Positions 9,008-18,150 of a DNA stretch of 49,231 nucleotides are shown piece after piece. The stretch is taken from positions 1 through 49,231 of IMG/VR virus record IMGVR_UViG_3300031949_000058, one strand, 5' to 3'. The notes under the pieces are model-generated. The model made no database searches. It was not told the DNA's origin and saw only the letters and a program-made list of their open reading frames with translations. The number at the start of each line of letters is the position of its first letter. The stretch's first letter is position 1. The position numbers and the translations under genes are program-made. The stretch is from a virus. Its lineage: Duplodnaviria > Caudoviricetes.

Positions 9008-9279
9008 TCGATGCGACGCTCGTGACCGGTGCGTCGGTCGCGTCCCCTTCGGCGTTCGGTGTCGGTAGATGCACCCGGCCGGAACAGTTGGTAGGTTTCG
9101 AGCCCAAAGAAATCGGCCACGCGATCGAGGTCTTTGAGCTGCATCTGTCGTTGCCCTCTGAGGAACTTGTTGATCCACGACTTGTCGTGGCTCAACCACA
9201 TCGCGAGTGAGTACTGCGTCCTGCCGCGCTCCCGGAGCAGGCCCTCGATGTTCTCCCGCATGATGTTGGCGGCTCGCAT
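9004..9279 (-). CDS. XRE-family HTH repressor (CI position), 91 aa
   Basis: HTH pattern TQYSLAMWLSHDKSWINKFLRG..LDRVADFFG; divergent from a Cro-like gene. Confidence 0.8.
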   Translation of the reverse strand: MRAANIMRENIEGLLRERGRTQYSLAMWLSHDKSWINKFLRGQRQMQLKDLDRVADFFGLETYQLFRPGASTDTERRRGRDRRTGHERRID

Positions 9280-9341
9280 GCCTGTAAGTCTTTAGCACGT
9301 AACGGGTTGGCAAAATTGTTCATTTCGGCTGCATTTTGTCC

Positions 9342-9370
9342 TTGACAGCCGTTGGCGATTTGCCTACATT
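9342..9370 (+). promoter_or_regulatory. Sigma70-type rightward early promoter
   Basis: TTGACA (9342-47), 17-nt spacer, TACATT (9365-70). Confidence 0.8.
9351..9367. promoter_or_regulatory. Candidate operator GTTGGC-N5-GCCTAC
   Basis: Imperfect 17-bp palindrome over the spacer and -10; GTTGGCAAA recurs at 9306, 9572 and 9620. Confidence 0.5.
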
Positions 9371-9376
9371 ACCACC

Positions 9377-9634
9377 ATGCAGGGACGCGAACTCCTTCGG
9401 CGCTGGTTGGAACGGAGCCGCATGACGCAGCGTGAAGCGGCCACGCTCCTCGGCGTGCATTACACGTTTCTCAATCAAATCCTCAGCGGTCGGCGGCTGC
9501 CTGCTCGGGATACCGCGGTCCGGTTTGAGCAGAAAACCGGCGTCCCGGTTGGGGCCTGGTCGCCAACATCGGTTGGCAAAACGGATCGAGGCGTCACGCA
9601 CACGGCCGCTAAGTCCTGTGTTGGCAAAGCGTAA
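9377..9634 (+). CDS. Cro-like HTH regulator
   Basis: MTQREAATLLGVHYTFLNQILSGRRLP HTH pattern. Confidence 0.8.
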   Translation: MQGRELLRRWLERSRMTQREAATLLGVHYTFLNQILSGRRLPARDTAVRFEQKTGVPVGAWSPTSVGKTDRGVTHTAAKSCVGKA

Positions 9635-9642
9635 ACAGTCCT

Positions 9643-10215
9643 ATGGCTAGGTTAACAGAACAGAGCTTATCCGCCGCATCCTCGGTTGATGTGGCGCCAA
9701 TTCTCGCCCGTCCGTATCCCCACCATCTGACGGGGCGGCCGTCGAATAATCGCCACACGCCGGAAAATTTCGCGGCGCGGTTCTGGCGCAAAGTCGATCA
9801 GCGTGGTCCCGACGAATGCTGGCCGTGGAAGGGTACGCGGCTCAGAACTGGTCGCGGGCAAGTCCATCTGCGATGGGAGGGCAAGAAGAACGTCCGCGCG
9901 ACGGCGCCAGCCGTGGCGTGGGTGTTGACGCATGGGCCGATCCCTAGCGGGCTGGTCCCGTGTCACAACTGCCCAACCGGAGACGATCCGAATTGCGTCA
10001 ATCCTACCCATCTGTTCCTCGGCACGCAAGCTGAGAATGTTCACGACTCCGTAAAGAAAGGGCGCTTCAGTCTGTGGCGCGTGACCGGCGTTCGCCTGAA
10101 TGGTGAGCCCGTTCGAGGCACACGGCCGGAGCCTGTCGTCGCTCCGTCTCCGATGTCTCGCGTGTTCGAGCGCGTGCCGCATGTGGATCTCTATGTGCAC
10201 GGCGAGGTGGCCTGA
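9643..10215 (+). CDS. HNH homing endonuclease
   Basis: RFWRKVD..ECWPW..CHNC..CVNPTHLFLGTQAEN. Confidence 0.9.
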   Translation: MARLTEQSLSAASSVDVAPILARPYPHHLTGRPSNNRHTPENFAARFWRKVDQRGPDECWPWKGTRLRTGRGQVHLRWEGKKNVRATAPAVAWVLTHGPIPSGLVPCHNCPTGDDPNCVNPTHLFLGTQAENVHDSVKKGRFSLWRVTGVRLNGEPVRGTRPEPVVAPSPMSRVFERVPHVDLYVHGEVA

Positions 10216-10216
10216 C

Positions 10217-10573
10217 ATGGCGAGCACTCTACGCCGCCAGCTCGACGCCGTGCAACCCCAGATGATCAAGGCGGACATCGAACCCGACCGCAAGCACCTT
10301 GCGGCACTCAGCGAAACCGATCGCAAGCGACTGGTGGCGCGCACCGTCGAACGGGCGCTCGAAATCGCCGGCGTGTCGAAGCACGACGCCTCCTATCAGA
10401 TGGGCTACACCGATCAGGGCACCGTGTCGCGGTGGTGCGCGGCGGTCGAGCGCCCGTTGTTCGACAAGCTCTTCATCGTGGAGGGCTTCGTCGAAGCGTT
10501 CGTCGTCGCCATTGCGGAGCAGCATCCAGGCATCAGCGCGGAAACCGTGGTTCGCATTCGGAGGCGCGCATGA
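10217..10573 (+). CDS. HTH regulator (CII-like position), 118 aa
   Basis: GAGG RBS; HTH-like ASYQMGYTDQGTVSRW. Confidence 0.6.
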   Translation: MASTLRRQLDAVQPQMIKADIEPDRKHLAALSETDRKRLVARTVERALEIAGVSKHDASYQMGYTDQGTVSRWCAAVERPLFDKLFIVEGFVEAFVVAIAEQHPGISAETVVRIRRRA

Positions 10574-10668
10574 CACCAACGGAACGGGATCGCATCTACC
10601 GCACGGCCCTGGAGCAATGGCGAGCGGCACAGATCGCGGCGCGTATCGCGCGCGAGGAGGAGTAGGAC

Positions 10669-10938
10669 ATGGCATTCGAGACGGTCGACATACCGCAGCC
10701 GACAAGGCAAGGTGCCGCTCAAGGCCCGTTGCGCGTGGCCCTTCGTGAGACGTTGGGGACCGGCAAAGCGATCGTGATCCCGCTGAATGGTCACAGCCTG
10801 TTCCACGTTAGGAACGGCATGAACAGCTATCGGACAGCACTCAAAGAGGAAGGCTTGAAGGTTCATGTGCGCACGGTGGCTGGCGTGATTCACGCCTGGG
10901 TTGAGCGCATTCCTGAAGTGAAGGAAGTGAAGGAGTAG
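10669..10938 (+). CDS. Hypothetical protein, 89 aa
   Basis: GGAG-containing RBS; operon packing. Confidence 0.6.
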   Translation: MAFETVDIPQPTRQGAAQGPLRVALRETLGTGKAIVIPLNGHSLFHVRNGMNSYRTALKEEGLKVHVRTVAGVIHAWVERIPEVKEVKE

Positions 10939-10946
10939 AACAGGCC

Positions 10947-11300
10947 ATGCAGACCCAACAGCAAGCCGTCGATCTCAAGGCCAAGCAGGCATTGCGTGCG
11001 TGTGATCGTGCCCTGACCTTGGTCCGCCAATCCGGGATGGTGGACACCGATCCCGTGGACTTCGTCGAGTTCCTCCTTGCCGGCGTGACCACGCGGGATC
11101 TGGATGCGATCGCGGATGACATCGTGTGTTTCGTGCTGCAGTGGGATGACCTCGTGACGCATGTACGCGATCGGCTGGACGTGCATCTGGCCTTTGCGGA
11201 GTCGGGCCATCCAGCGGATTCACGACGGGCGGCCGAGAACATCGTCGCGGCGATTCGCGCGATTGTGTGTGCGCGGGTGTCGCGGGGGGATGGGCGATGA
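10947..11300 (+). CDS. Hypothetical protein, 117 aa
   Basis: RBS upstream; operon packing. Confidence 0.6.
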   Translation: MQTQQQAVDLKAKQALRACDRALTLVRQSGMVDTDPVDFVEFLLAGVTTRDLDAIADDIVCFVLQWDDLVTHVRDRLDVHLAFAESGHPADSRRAAENIVAAIRAIVCARVSRGDGR

Positions 11301-11494
11301 GAGATCCGGGGACCGATCCGATTTACTGCGACGGGTTGAGCCAGCAACGGTGCGCACGGTGCCAGTGCGTGCATGACGTGTCCGAGTTCGTCCAGGTGCC
11401 CGGGATCGGCCAAATCTGCGAGGAGTGCGACGACGCGCTCTTGGGCGAGGCGATGACCGAGCGGTTCCCTAAACTGGCGAAGGAGCGGGAATGA
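11297..11494 (+). CDS. Small zinc-finger protein, 65 aa
   Basis: ATGA overlaps at both ends; CARC and CEEC motifs. Confidence 0.55.
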   Translation: MRDPGTDPIYCDGLSQQRCARCQCVHDVSEFVQVPGIGQICEECDDALLGEAMTERFPKLAKERE

Positions 11495-12207
11495 GTCGTA
11501 GCAATCCGAATGTCAACGCGCCCAATCCGGCCGTCCGCTGGTTCGAGTGGAACGGCGAACATGGCGTGGTGCGCTACTACGACAAGACGGAGAAACAGAA
11601 CGTCCAGATGCCGATGCCGTTTCAGTTCTTGCTGCTCGACGAATTAGCGAGCGTGCGCGGCTGGCACGACGCGAGCGACAGCGGGATCTACTCGAACGAA
11701 GTCCGCGACACGCGCACGGATCTCTTGGTGGTCAAGTCCTTCAAGGGCGGGACGCTGGCGGAAGGTCTCTACAAGGACATCAAAGACCGCGTGAACTCGC
11801 TTGGCGGGCAGTTCGTGGCCAACTGCTACATCGGGTTTAAGCAGAACGGCGGGCTGGAGATCGGGTCGTTACGCTTCAAGGGCGCGGCGCTCGGCGCGTG
11901 GATGGAATGTCGCAAGGCGCACCGCGGCGATCTCTACGAGAGCGCCGTTGACATTACCGGGTACACAGAAGGCAAGAAGGGCCGGATCGTGTTCCGGGTG
12001 CCAATATTTGATCTGCGGGCGGTGTCGGCGGAGACGAATGCGCGGGCGTTGGCGCTCGACGCGATGTTGCAGGACTGGTTGACAAGCTACTTCAACAGGC
12101 GCACGAACGACCAGACGGAACCGCAGGCCGCGCCTGATGAGAACTACAGCGAATCAGCTGAGGACGAGCCGGTCCCATCACTCACAGACGAAGACATCCC
12201 GTTCTAG
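11491..12207 (+). CDS. Putative single-stranded DNA-binding/annealing protein
   Basis: Acidic tail ending DEDIPF like SSB C-termini; next to NinB-like and exonuclease genes. Confidence 0.6.
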   Translation: MSRSNPNVNAPNPAVRWFEWNGEHGVVRYYDKTEKQNVQMPMPFQFLLLDELASVRGWHDASDSGIYSNEVRDTRTDLLVVKSFKGGTLAEGLYKDIKDRVNSLGGQFVANCYIGFKQNGGLEIGSLRFKGAALGAWMECRKAHRGDLYESAVDITGYTEGKKGRIVFRVPIFDLRAVSAETNARALALDAMLQDWLTSYFNRRTNDQTEPQAAPDENYSESAEDEPVPSLTDEDIPF

Positions 12208-12210
12208 GGC

Positions 12211-12684
12211 ATGGCTGGCGTTTCCGATGAAGTCACAGCGATCTGCCGCATTCGCAACCGGCGCGTGTTCATCGAGGATCGGCGCCGGTTCGATGATGCC
12301 GTGTCCCGCATGGATGATCGGTGGGACTACGAGATCGCGGTACGCCGGCTCTACGCGAATCGTAGCCAACAAGCGAACCGTTTTTACTGGGGCGTGGTCG
12401 TGGAACTGTTGAGCGAGTACACCGGGTTCACGCCGGACGAAATGCACGAGTGGCTGAAGATGAAGTTCATCCCCAAACAGCTCGCGGTGTGCGATGGGAA
12501 CGGCGAAGTAGAAGGGGAGTTCGTCATCGGTGGATCGACGCGCAAGATGAGTACGGCGCAGTTCGCCGACTACATCGAGACAATCCGCGAATGGGCGGCG
12601 AGCAAGCTCGGTGTCGTCATTCCCGACCCTAACGGCGAGATGCAGTCTCAATCTGCGACCAGCGATTACGGATGGGGAGTTTAA
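12211..12684 (+). CDS. NinB-like recombination protein
   Basis: RSQQANRFYW..EMHEWLK..STRKMSTAQFADYIE..GVVIPDP. Confidence 0.75.
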   Translation: MAGVSDEVTAICRIRNRRVFIEDRRRFDDAVSRMDDRWDYEIAVRRLYANRSQQANRFYWGVVVELLSEYTGFTPDEMHEWLKMKFIPKQLAVCDGNGEVEGEFVIGGSTRKMSTAQFADYIETIREWAASKLGVVIPDPNGEMQSQSATSDYGWGV

Positions 12685-13379
12685 TGATGGGCTACGAACA
12701 GGAATACGCGAATCGGATCGTCATTGACCTCGAAACTGTGGCGTCACCGGACGCGGCGTTGTTTCTCGATCCGGTGCGCGCGCCGGCGAACTACAAGGAC
12801 GAAGCCAAGATCGCGGCCTACAAGAGCGAGAAGCTCGCCGAGATCGTCGGGAAGGCTGCACTCGAGGCCGACCTGTGCGAGATCGTGGCGGTCGGCTGGT
12901 GGATTGAAGGGCAGGACGGGTGCCGCTCCTACACGCGCGCGGACCTGAACGAAGTCGGGCTGATCGAGTCGACATGGGCCGCCATCGAAGCGGCTGACAC
13001 TGACTTCGGCGTGCGGACGATCATCGGCTTCAGCGTCCTCGGCTTTGATCTCCCGGTGTTGATCCGCCGCTCGCAGCTCCTTGACGTGCGGTATCCGTAC
13101 ATCAACATGGATCGGTACCGGACCCCGCACATTGACCTGATCGAGCGGCTGACGTTCAACGGCAAGCTCACGTATCGGTCGTTGGCCTTCTACTGCCGGC
13201 GCTTCGGCATCCCGTGCCAGGACGCCATCCACGGATCCGAGATTGGCGCGCTGGTGGCTGCGAACGACTGGGCAGGGGTGCAGGCCCACAACCTCGCGGA
13301 CGTGGACAAGACGGCCCGTCTGGCGCACCGGCTGGGGTATCTGCGAACGGTCCCAATCAGCGCAACGGTGGCCGCGTGA
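12684..13379 (+). CDS. DEDD-type 3'-5' exonuclease
   Basis: IDLET, GFDLP and HNLADV motifs. Confidence 0.75.
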   Translation: MMGYEQEYANRIVIDLETVASPDAALFLDPVRAPANYKDEAKIAAYKSEKLAEIVGKAALEADLCEIVAVGWWIEGQDGCRSYTRADLNEVGLIESTWAAIEAADTDFGVRTIIGFSVLGFDLPVLIRRSQLLDVRYPYINMDRYRTPHIDLIERLTFNGKLTYRSLAFYCRRFGIPCQDAIHGSEIGALVAANDWAGVQAHNLADVDKTARLAHRLGYLRTVPISATVAA

Positions 13380-13393
13380 CGGGCTGGCTGGTG

Positions 13394-13841
13394 GGACGAC
13401 AGGGGGAGCGAACCTAATGGCTCAAAAGTACGGCGGCATGGCCAACGCTGAGGAGTTTGATCGCGAGCGTGCGTGTCTCGTGTGTGATGACCCGCACCCG
13501 ATTTACTCGTGGACGGATTTCAGCGGGGAAGGCTATTGCGTGCGCTGCGGGACGCCCTATCAATTGAAATGGGGCACGCTCGCGGCCGGTGAGAGTTATC
13601 CGCGCTGCAACATCCAACCGCAATGGTTGCCGTTGTTTCGCAAATACTACACCGAGACGGGAGAGGGCAACGGCAGCGGCTCGTTTATGGGCTTCAGTGA
13701 CTATCCCGATCAAGGTCGGGATCGTGAAGCGTTCAACGCCTGGATGAAAGTTCACGAAGCGGATTTTCCGCCAACAACCGAAGAGGCTCCGGTGGCCTAA
13801 TGCGCACCACCCACGGACGGCAGGGGGAGCGCACGTAATGG
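13394..13841 (+). repeat. 27-nt direct repeat pair (13394-13420, 13815-13841) carrying RBS and TAATG
   Basis: 24/27 identical; flanks the 127-aa gene. Confidence 0.85.
13417..13800 (+). CDS. Zinc-binding hypothetical protein, 127 aa
   Basis: GGGGAG RBS; CLVC and CVRC motifs. Confidence 0.6.
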   Translation: MAQKYGGMANAEEFDRERACLVCDDPHPIYSWTDFSGEGYCVRCGTPYQLKWGTLAAGESYPRCNIQPQWLPLFRKYYTETGEGNGSGSFMGFSDYPDQGRDREAFNAWMKVHEADFPPTTEEAPVA

Positions 13842-14359
13842 GCGAACCGAAACAGCAGCCAGGTCGGAGCAAGCAGGACTACCAGACGCCGGCCACTTTC
13901 ATCGCGGCGGTCAAGACCCGGCTGGGGATTGATCGCTTCTCGCATGACTTCGCGGCCGATGCTTCGAATAAGCAGGCGCCGACGTTCTTCGATGAGGACA
14001 CGGATGCGCTGAGCGTGCCGCGCTGGGAGTTGACCTTGCGGGAGTGTGGCGCCGTGTGGGGCTGGCTCAATCCGCCATTCTCGAAGATCGGTCCCTGGGC
14101 GAAACGGTGCGCGGAGACGTGCCGCGCCGGCGGATCTATTGCGTTTCTCGTTCCGGCGGCGGTCGGATCGAACTGGTTCCGCGATCACGTTGATGGTCAG
14201 GCCCGTGTGTTGTTTCTCAACGGTCGGCTCGCGTTCATGCCGGACAAGCCAACCTGGCTGTACCCGAAGGATTGCATCCTCGTGCTCTACGGGCCGACCG
14301 TCTCACCGGGCTATGAGGTGTGGACGTGGCGATCGCAGGTTCGGCGGGCGGTGGCTTGA
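13838..14359 (+). CDS. Phage Dam-family DNA N6-adenine methyltransferase
   Basis: DYQTP, DFAA and WLNPPFS motifs. Confidence 0.85.
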   Translation: MGEPKQQPGRSKQDYQTPATFIAAVKTRLGIDRFSHDFAADASNKQAPTFFDEDTDALSVPRWELTLRECGAVWGWLNPPFSKIGPWAKRCAETCRAGGSIAFLVPAAVGSNWFRDHVDGQARVLFLNGRLAFMPDKPTWLYPKDCILVLYGPTVSPGYEVWTWRSQVRRAVA

Positions 14360-14733
14360 TGGCGATCGAGTACTCCTTGTTCAAGTTCCACAAGGGGAAG
14401 CCGCGCGAGCTCCACAAGATCGAGCGCACCCGCGAGGCCGATCGCGTCGAGCGCGAGTGCCGGGCCAAGGTCGATGCGCGGGATCAGCGCCAGTGCTTCT
14501 ATCCCCGCTGCCGTGTCCGCGCAAGCGACAAACATCATATTCAACCGCGGTCACTCGGCGGGACATGGACGACGGCGAACATTGCGTCGGCCTGCCGGCG
14601 TCATCACGACTGGTTCAAAGCCGGGCTCATCACGGTCGACGGCAATCCCAATCGCGGGCCGTTGCGCGTCCTCGTGACCGCGCTCGGGACACAGGCGGGC
14701 ATCCGCGTGCCCGAACGAAAGGCAGTGGCATGA
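14359..14733 (+). CDS. HNH endonuclease, 124 aa
   Basis: RQC..C..HHIQPRSLGG..N..CRRHH. Confidence 0.8.
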   Translation: MAIEYSLFKFHKGKPRELHKIERTREADRVERECRAKVDARDQRQCFYPRCRVRASDKHHIQPRSLGGTWTTANIASACRRHHDWFKAGLITVDGNPNRGPLRVLVTALGTQAGIRVPERKAVA

Positions 14734-14888
14734 GCACAGGCAAGAAGTCCCAACTTGAGAAAGCCATCGCATCGATCGACGCGGACATTCAAGTCCTCGA
14801 AGCGGCGAAGAAGCGGCTGCAGCTGCTACAGATCCAGCAGACGGTCCGGAAGCCGAGAGCGGTGAAGAAGCCGGAAGCGGTCGCATGA
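14730..14888 (+). CDS. Small basic coiled-coil protein, 52 aa
   Basis: ATGA overlaps at both ends. Confidence 0.55.
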   Translation: MSTGKKSQLEKAIASIDADIQVLEAAKKRLQLLQIQQTVRKPRAVKKPEAVA

Positions 14889-15079
14889 CACTCGCGCTCC
14901 TCGTGGCGGGCTTCGTGCTCCTCGGCCTGAGCGTGGGGCTGGGTCTACTTCTTCGCCAGCAGCGTCGAGCAGAGGCGCCAACCCTCATGGACGACTACCG
15001 GGCTTTGTGGGCACGTCCCGTAGTGATTGACGGGGAAGAACGCTTACCGGTGGCGCGGCCGTATCGGGGTAAGAAATGA
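14885..15079 (+). CDS. Single-TM membrane protein, 64 aa
   Basis: Hydrophobic N-terminus. Confidence 0.55.
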   Translation: MTLALLVAGFVLLGLSVGLGLLLRQQRRAEAPTLMDDYRALWARPVVIDGEERLPVARPYRGKK

Positions 15080-15089
15080 GCGAACCGAA

Positions 15090-15602
15090 TTGATTGCTCT
15101 GTCCCTGACGCAGCCGTGGGCCACCTTGATCGCAATCGGAGCGAAGCGTATCGAAACACGCTCCTGGTCGACGAAGTATCGCGGCCTGATGGCTATCCAC
15201 GCCGCGAAGGGCTTTCCAGTAGAGGCGCAACAAGCGTGTGAAGGGTCATCCTTCGTCCGCGCGCTCGATGGCGGTCGATCGTCGGCGCGTTACTACACGC
15301 CACCACATGTCGGGTCACGGCGGTTTGACGGTGGCCTTCCACTAGGCCAGATCATTGCGACCGCGCGGCTACTCGATGTGCGCCCGACGAAGCCGTACGA
15401 CGACGATGAGGCATTCAGGGCAACCGACGAGTGTGCGTTCGGCGACTACTCGGCGGGCCGGTTCGCCTGGGTGTTCGACGACGTCACTGCGCTAGCCGTT
15501 CCGATTCCGTGCAAGGGCGCGCTCAGCCTCTGGGACGTGCCGGCGGGTATCTACGAAGCGATTGCGCCGCAACTACTGCTGGCGGCGCGGAGGATGGAGT
15601 AG
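15090..15602 (+). CDS. ASCH-domain protein
   Basis: ALSLTQPWATLIAIGAKRIETRSW..AIHA; probable TTG start. Confidence 0.85.
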   Translation: MIALSLTQPWATLIAIGAKRIETRSWSTKYRGLMAIHAAKGFPVEAQQACEGSSFVRALDGGRSSARYYTPPHVGSRRFDGGLPLGQIIATARLLDVRPTKPYDDDEAFRATDECAFGDYSAGRFAWVFDDVTALAVPIPCKGALSLWDVPAGIYEAIAPQLLLAARRME

Positions 15603-16634
15603 GTGAGCGACAAGAGCGCCATCGAGTGGACGGATGCGAGCTGGAACCCGGTGCGCGGCTGCACGAAGGTGTCGCCCGGCTGCGCCCACTGCTATGCGGA
15701 AACCTTTGCCGAGCGGTTTCGCGGCGTGTCTGGCCATCCTTACGAGCAGGGCTTCGACCTCCGACTCGTGCCGGAGAAGTTAACCGATCCGTTGCGCTGG
15801 AAGAAACCGCGTCGGGTGTTCATGAACTCGATGAGCGATCTGTTTCAGGACGGCGTACCGGACAGCTACATCGATCAGGTGTTCGCGGTGATGGCGCTGC
15901 CGGGCGCCTCTACTCGAGCGACAGGAAGGTACACGCCGCACACATTCCAGATTCTGACGAAGCGGCCAGCGCGGATGCTGGCTTACCTCACGCACCCTGA
16001 TAGGAAGAGCCTCGTGCAGCGCGCGGCCTTGCTGTCGGTGCGCGAGCGAGGTGCGACCTGGGGCACCCCGTACATGTGGCCGCTGCCGAATGTCTGGTTG
16101 GGCGTGAGCGTCGAGAACCAGCACTTCGCGGACGAACGGATCCCGCTGTTGCTGCAAACGCCGGCAGCCGTGCGGTTCATCAGCGCGGAGCCGTTGCTAG
16201 GACACGTGGACATCGAAGGAGCACTACGAGGCTATCCACGGCAGACATCTGAGCGCCGGTACGTGACGCGAGACATGGCCATCGACGCCGGCGATCGGGC
16301 ATTAGCAGGCTCACTCTATAGCGACGAGGAATGGGAGCAGACATCACCCGCGCTCAATTGGGTGATCATCGGCGGCGAGAGCGGACCAGGCGCGCGGCCG
16401 ATGGATCTGGCATGGGCGCGTGCAATCGTGCAGCAGTGCCAAGCGGCCGACGTTCCAGTCTTTGTAAAACAGCTCGGCGCGAACCCCGTAGAAACGAGTC
16501 CAGCGTGCGGCGGAGTCATTGGGCGGACGGCCTATCCACTCGACAGGCTCCGTAGCCCGAAGGGTGGAGACATGAATGAGTTCCCGTCGGATCTACGCGT
16601 TCGAGAATTTCCACGGGTCGAGATGCCGGCATGA
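15603..16634 (+). CDS. Phage Gp37/Gp68 (DUF5131) family protein
   Basis: IEWTDASWNPVRGCTKVSPGCAHCYA..SMSDLF..WVIIGGESG. Confidence 0.9.
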   Translation: MSDKSAIEWTDASWNPVRGCTKVSPGCAHCYAETFAERFRGVSGHPYEQGFDLRLVPEKLTDPLRWKKPRRVFMNSMSDLFQDGVPDSYIDQVFAVMALPGASTRATGRYTPHTFQILTKRPARMLAYLTHPDRKSLVQRAALLSVRERGATWGTPYMWPLPNVWLGVSVENQHFADERIPLLLQTPAAVRFISAEPLLGHVDIEGALRGYPRQTSERRYVTRDMAIDAGDRALAGSLYSDEEWEQTSPALNWVIIGGESGPGARPMDLAWARAIVQQCQAADVPVFVKQLGANPVETSPACGGVIGRTAYPLDRLRSPKGGDMNEFPSDLRVREFPRVEMPA

Positions 16635-16789
16635 CCCAGCCGTCCCTCTTTGATCGTCCCGTCTCGGTGCGCGAGTCGCTCGAGCGTTACACCGCGTGGA
16701 TTGGCCTGTGCTACTTCAGACAGACCGGGATCGGCTGGCTCGGGCCGCATCATTGCTTTTGGTGTTGTGTCTTCGCGATGACGAAGTAG
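16631..16789 (+). CDS. Hypothetical protein, 52 aa
   Basis: ATGA overlap; fills the gap before the replication gene. Confidence 0.4.
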   Translation: MTQPSLFDRPVSVRESLERYTAWIGLCYFRQTGIGWLGPHHCFWCCVFAMTK

Positions 16790-16801
16790 GACGGGAAACC
16801 C

Positions 16802-17593
16802 TTGGCGTTCATTAGGCTTAGTGATGACTACTTCGACAACCCAAAAATCGAGCATCTCTCGGACGGGGCCTTTCGACTCTGGCATCAGGCGCTCGCCTAC
16901 TGCCGCCGGCATTCGACCGATGGGTTGTTCTCGGTCAACACGATGCACGGCTGGCGCTGTTGGACCAAGCAACGGGAGAAGCAGTTGAGCACCGCCCACG
17001 TCGACGGCGCCAATCCGCTCTGGGTAGCGATCCCGCGGTTTGGCTACAAGGTCCACGACTACCTGGCGTGGAATCTGTCGCGCGAAGAAGAGGCGGCAGA
17101 ACGGATCGGAGCAGCTGAACGGATGCGTCGGCATCGAGCTAAACGGAAGCCTCTAGGTTACGCAGTAACGAGCGGTGTAACGAACGACGAACGTGGCGCG
17201 TTCGTTCCGGGGATGGGGATGGTTACGGAAATCAGATCAGAAAAAACAGAAGACGCGCGCGCGAGTTTGTCGGCCGAATCGTTCATGGATGAATTTCGTG
17301 CGACATGGAAAAGCACGTACGGCTATGAATGCTCGTTACTTCTGAGCCCTCTACAGTTTGCGGACCTTCAGACGCAACTGGATCGTAACCAGCCGGAGAC
17401 GTTGCGTGGCGCGCTGCAGGCGTATTTCGCTACCTCCGATCCCTTCGTGCTGCGCGCGAAGCATGCGCTCGCGCTCTTTCTGAAGGATCCGGCGAAGTAT
17501 CTGGCGCCGGTCAAATCAGGCGCGGCCGATGCTGAATTTCTGGCCGGCGTCCGTGCTGAGATCGCGCGTCAGGATGCGGCGGTGAAGCGATGA
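16802..17593 (+). CDS. Phage replication initiator (lambda O-like position)
   Basis: N-terminus FIRLSDDYFDNPKI..GAFRLW, then HDY..W..RMRRHR and a linker containing short repeats. Confidence 0.7.
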   Translation: MAFIRLSDDYFDNPKIEHLSDGAFRLWHQALAYCRRHSTDGLFSVNTMHGWRCWTKQREKQLSTAHVDGANPLWVAIPRFGYKVHDYLAWNLSREEEAAERIGAAERMRRHRAKRKPLGYAVTSGVTNDERGAFVPGMGMVTEIRSEKTEDARASLSAESFMDEFRATWKSTYGYECSLLLSPLQFADLQTQLDRNQPETLRGALQAYFATSDPFVLRAKHALALFLKDPAKYLAPVKSGAADAEFLAGVRAEIARQDAAVKR

Positions 17594-18150
17594 GAGACGT
17601 AGACGTGACCGGTTTCGCAGCCCTCATGCGCCGGTTGACGGTGCTGCAGCGGATGGATGTCACCGACCTCCAAGCGGTGACATCGAGCTACTTCCGGGCG
17701 CTGCAGCGGTTCGATCTCGTGGACCTCGAGCGTGCCGTGGATCGGTGGCTCGAAAAGGAAACGCGGTTTCCGAAGCCGGCGCAACTCGTGGCGCTCGCTT
17801 ACGAGCTCCGCCGGCCAGCCGCGGCGCCGGTCGAGGCGATGACGGAACCGGAGGCCCGCGAGTGGGTACGCGCCGAGCGGCAGCACTGGGAAGGCGACGC
17901 CTGCGGCTGCCTGGAATGTCAGAGCCATGGCGTCGGCGAGGTGCCGCGGCGGTTCGTGCCACTGTTCGATCGGGATGATCGGGAAGTCAAAGGCCGGGTC
18001 GGCGATCGGATCGTGACGCGCGGCGAGTGGGTGCACGGCGCGGCGCTGATGAATTGGCACTTGGCACGGGAGCGGTTCTACACCACAGCCCGCGCGCACA
18101 AGGCCGAACGATTCGCGGATCTGGTTGGGGCCAGGACCGGGCGCGCATGA
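17590..18150 (+). CDS. Putative helicase loader/replisome accessory protein
   Basis: Follows the initiator; W..ETRFPKPAQL motif; CGCLEC. Confidence 0.5.
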   Translation: MRDVDVTGFAALMRRLTVLQRMDVTDLQAVTSSYFRALQRFDLVDLERAVDRWLEKETRFPKPAQLVALAYELRRPAAAPVEAMTEPEAREWVRAERQHWEGDACGCLECQSHGVGEVPRRFVPLFDRDDREVKGRVGDRIVTRGEWVHGAALMNWHLARERFYTTARAHKAERFADLVGARTGRA

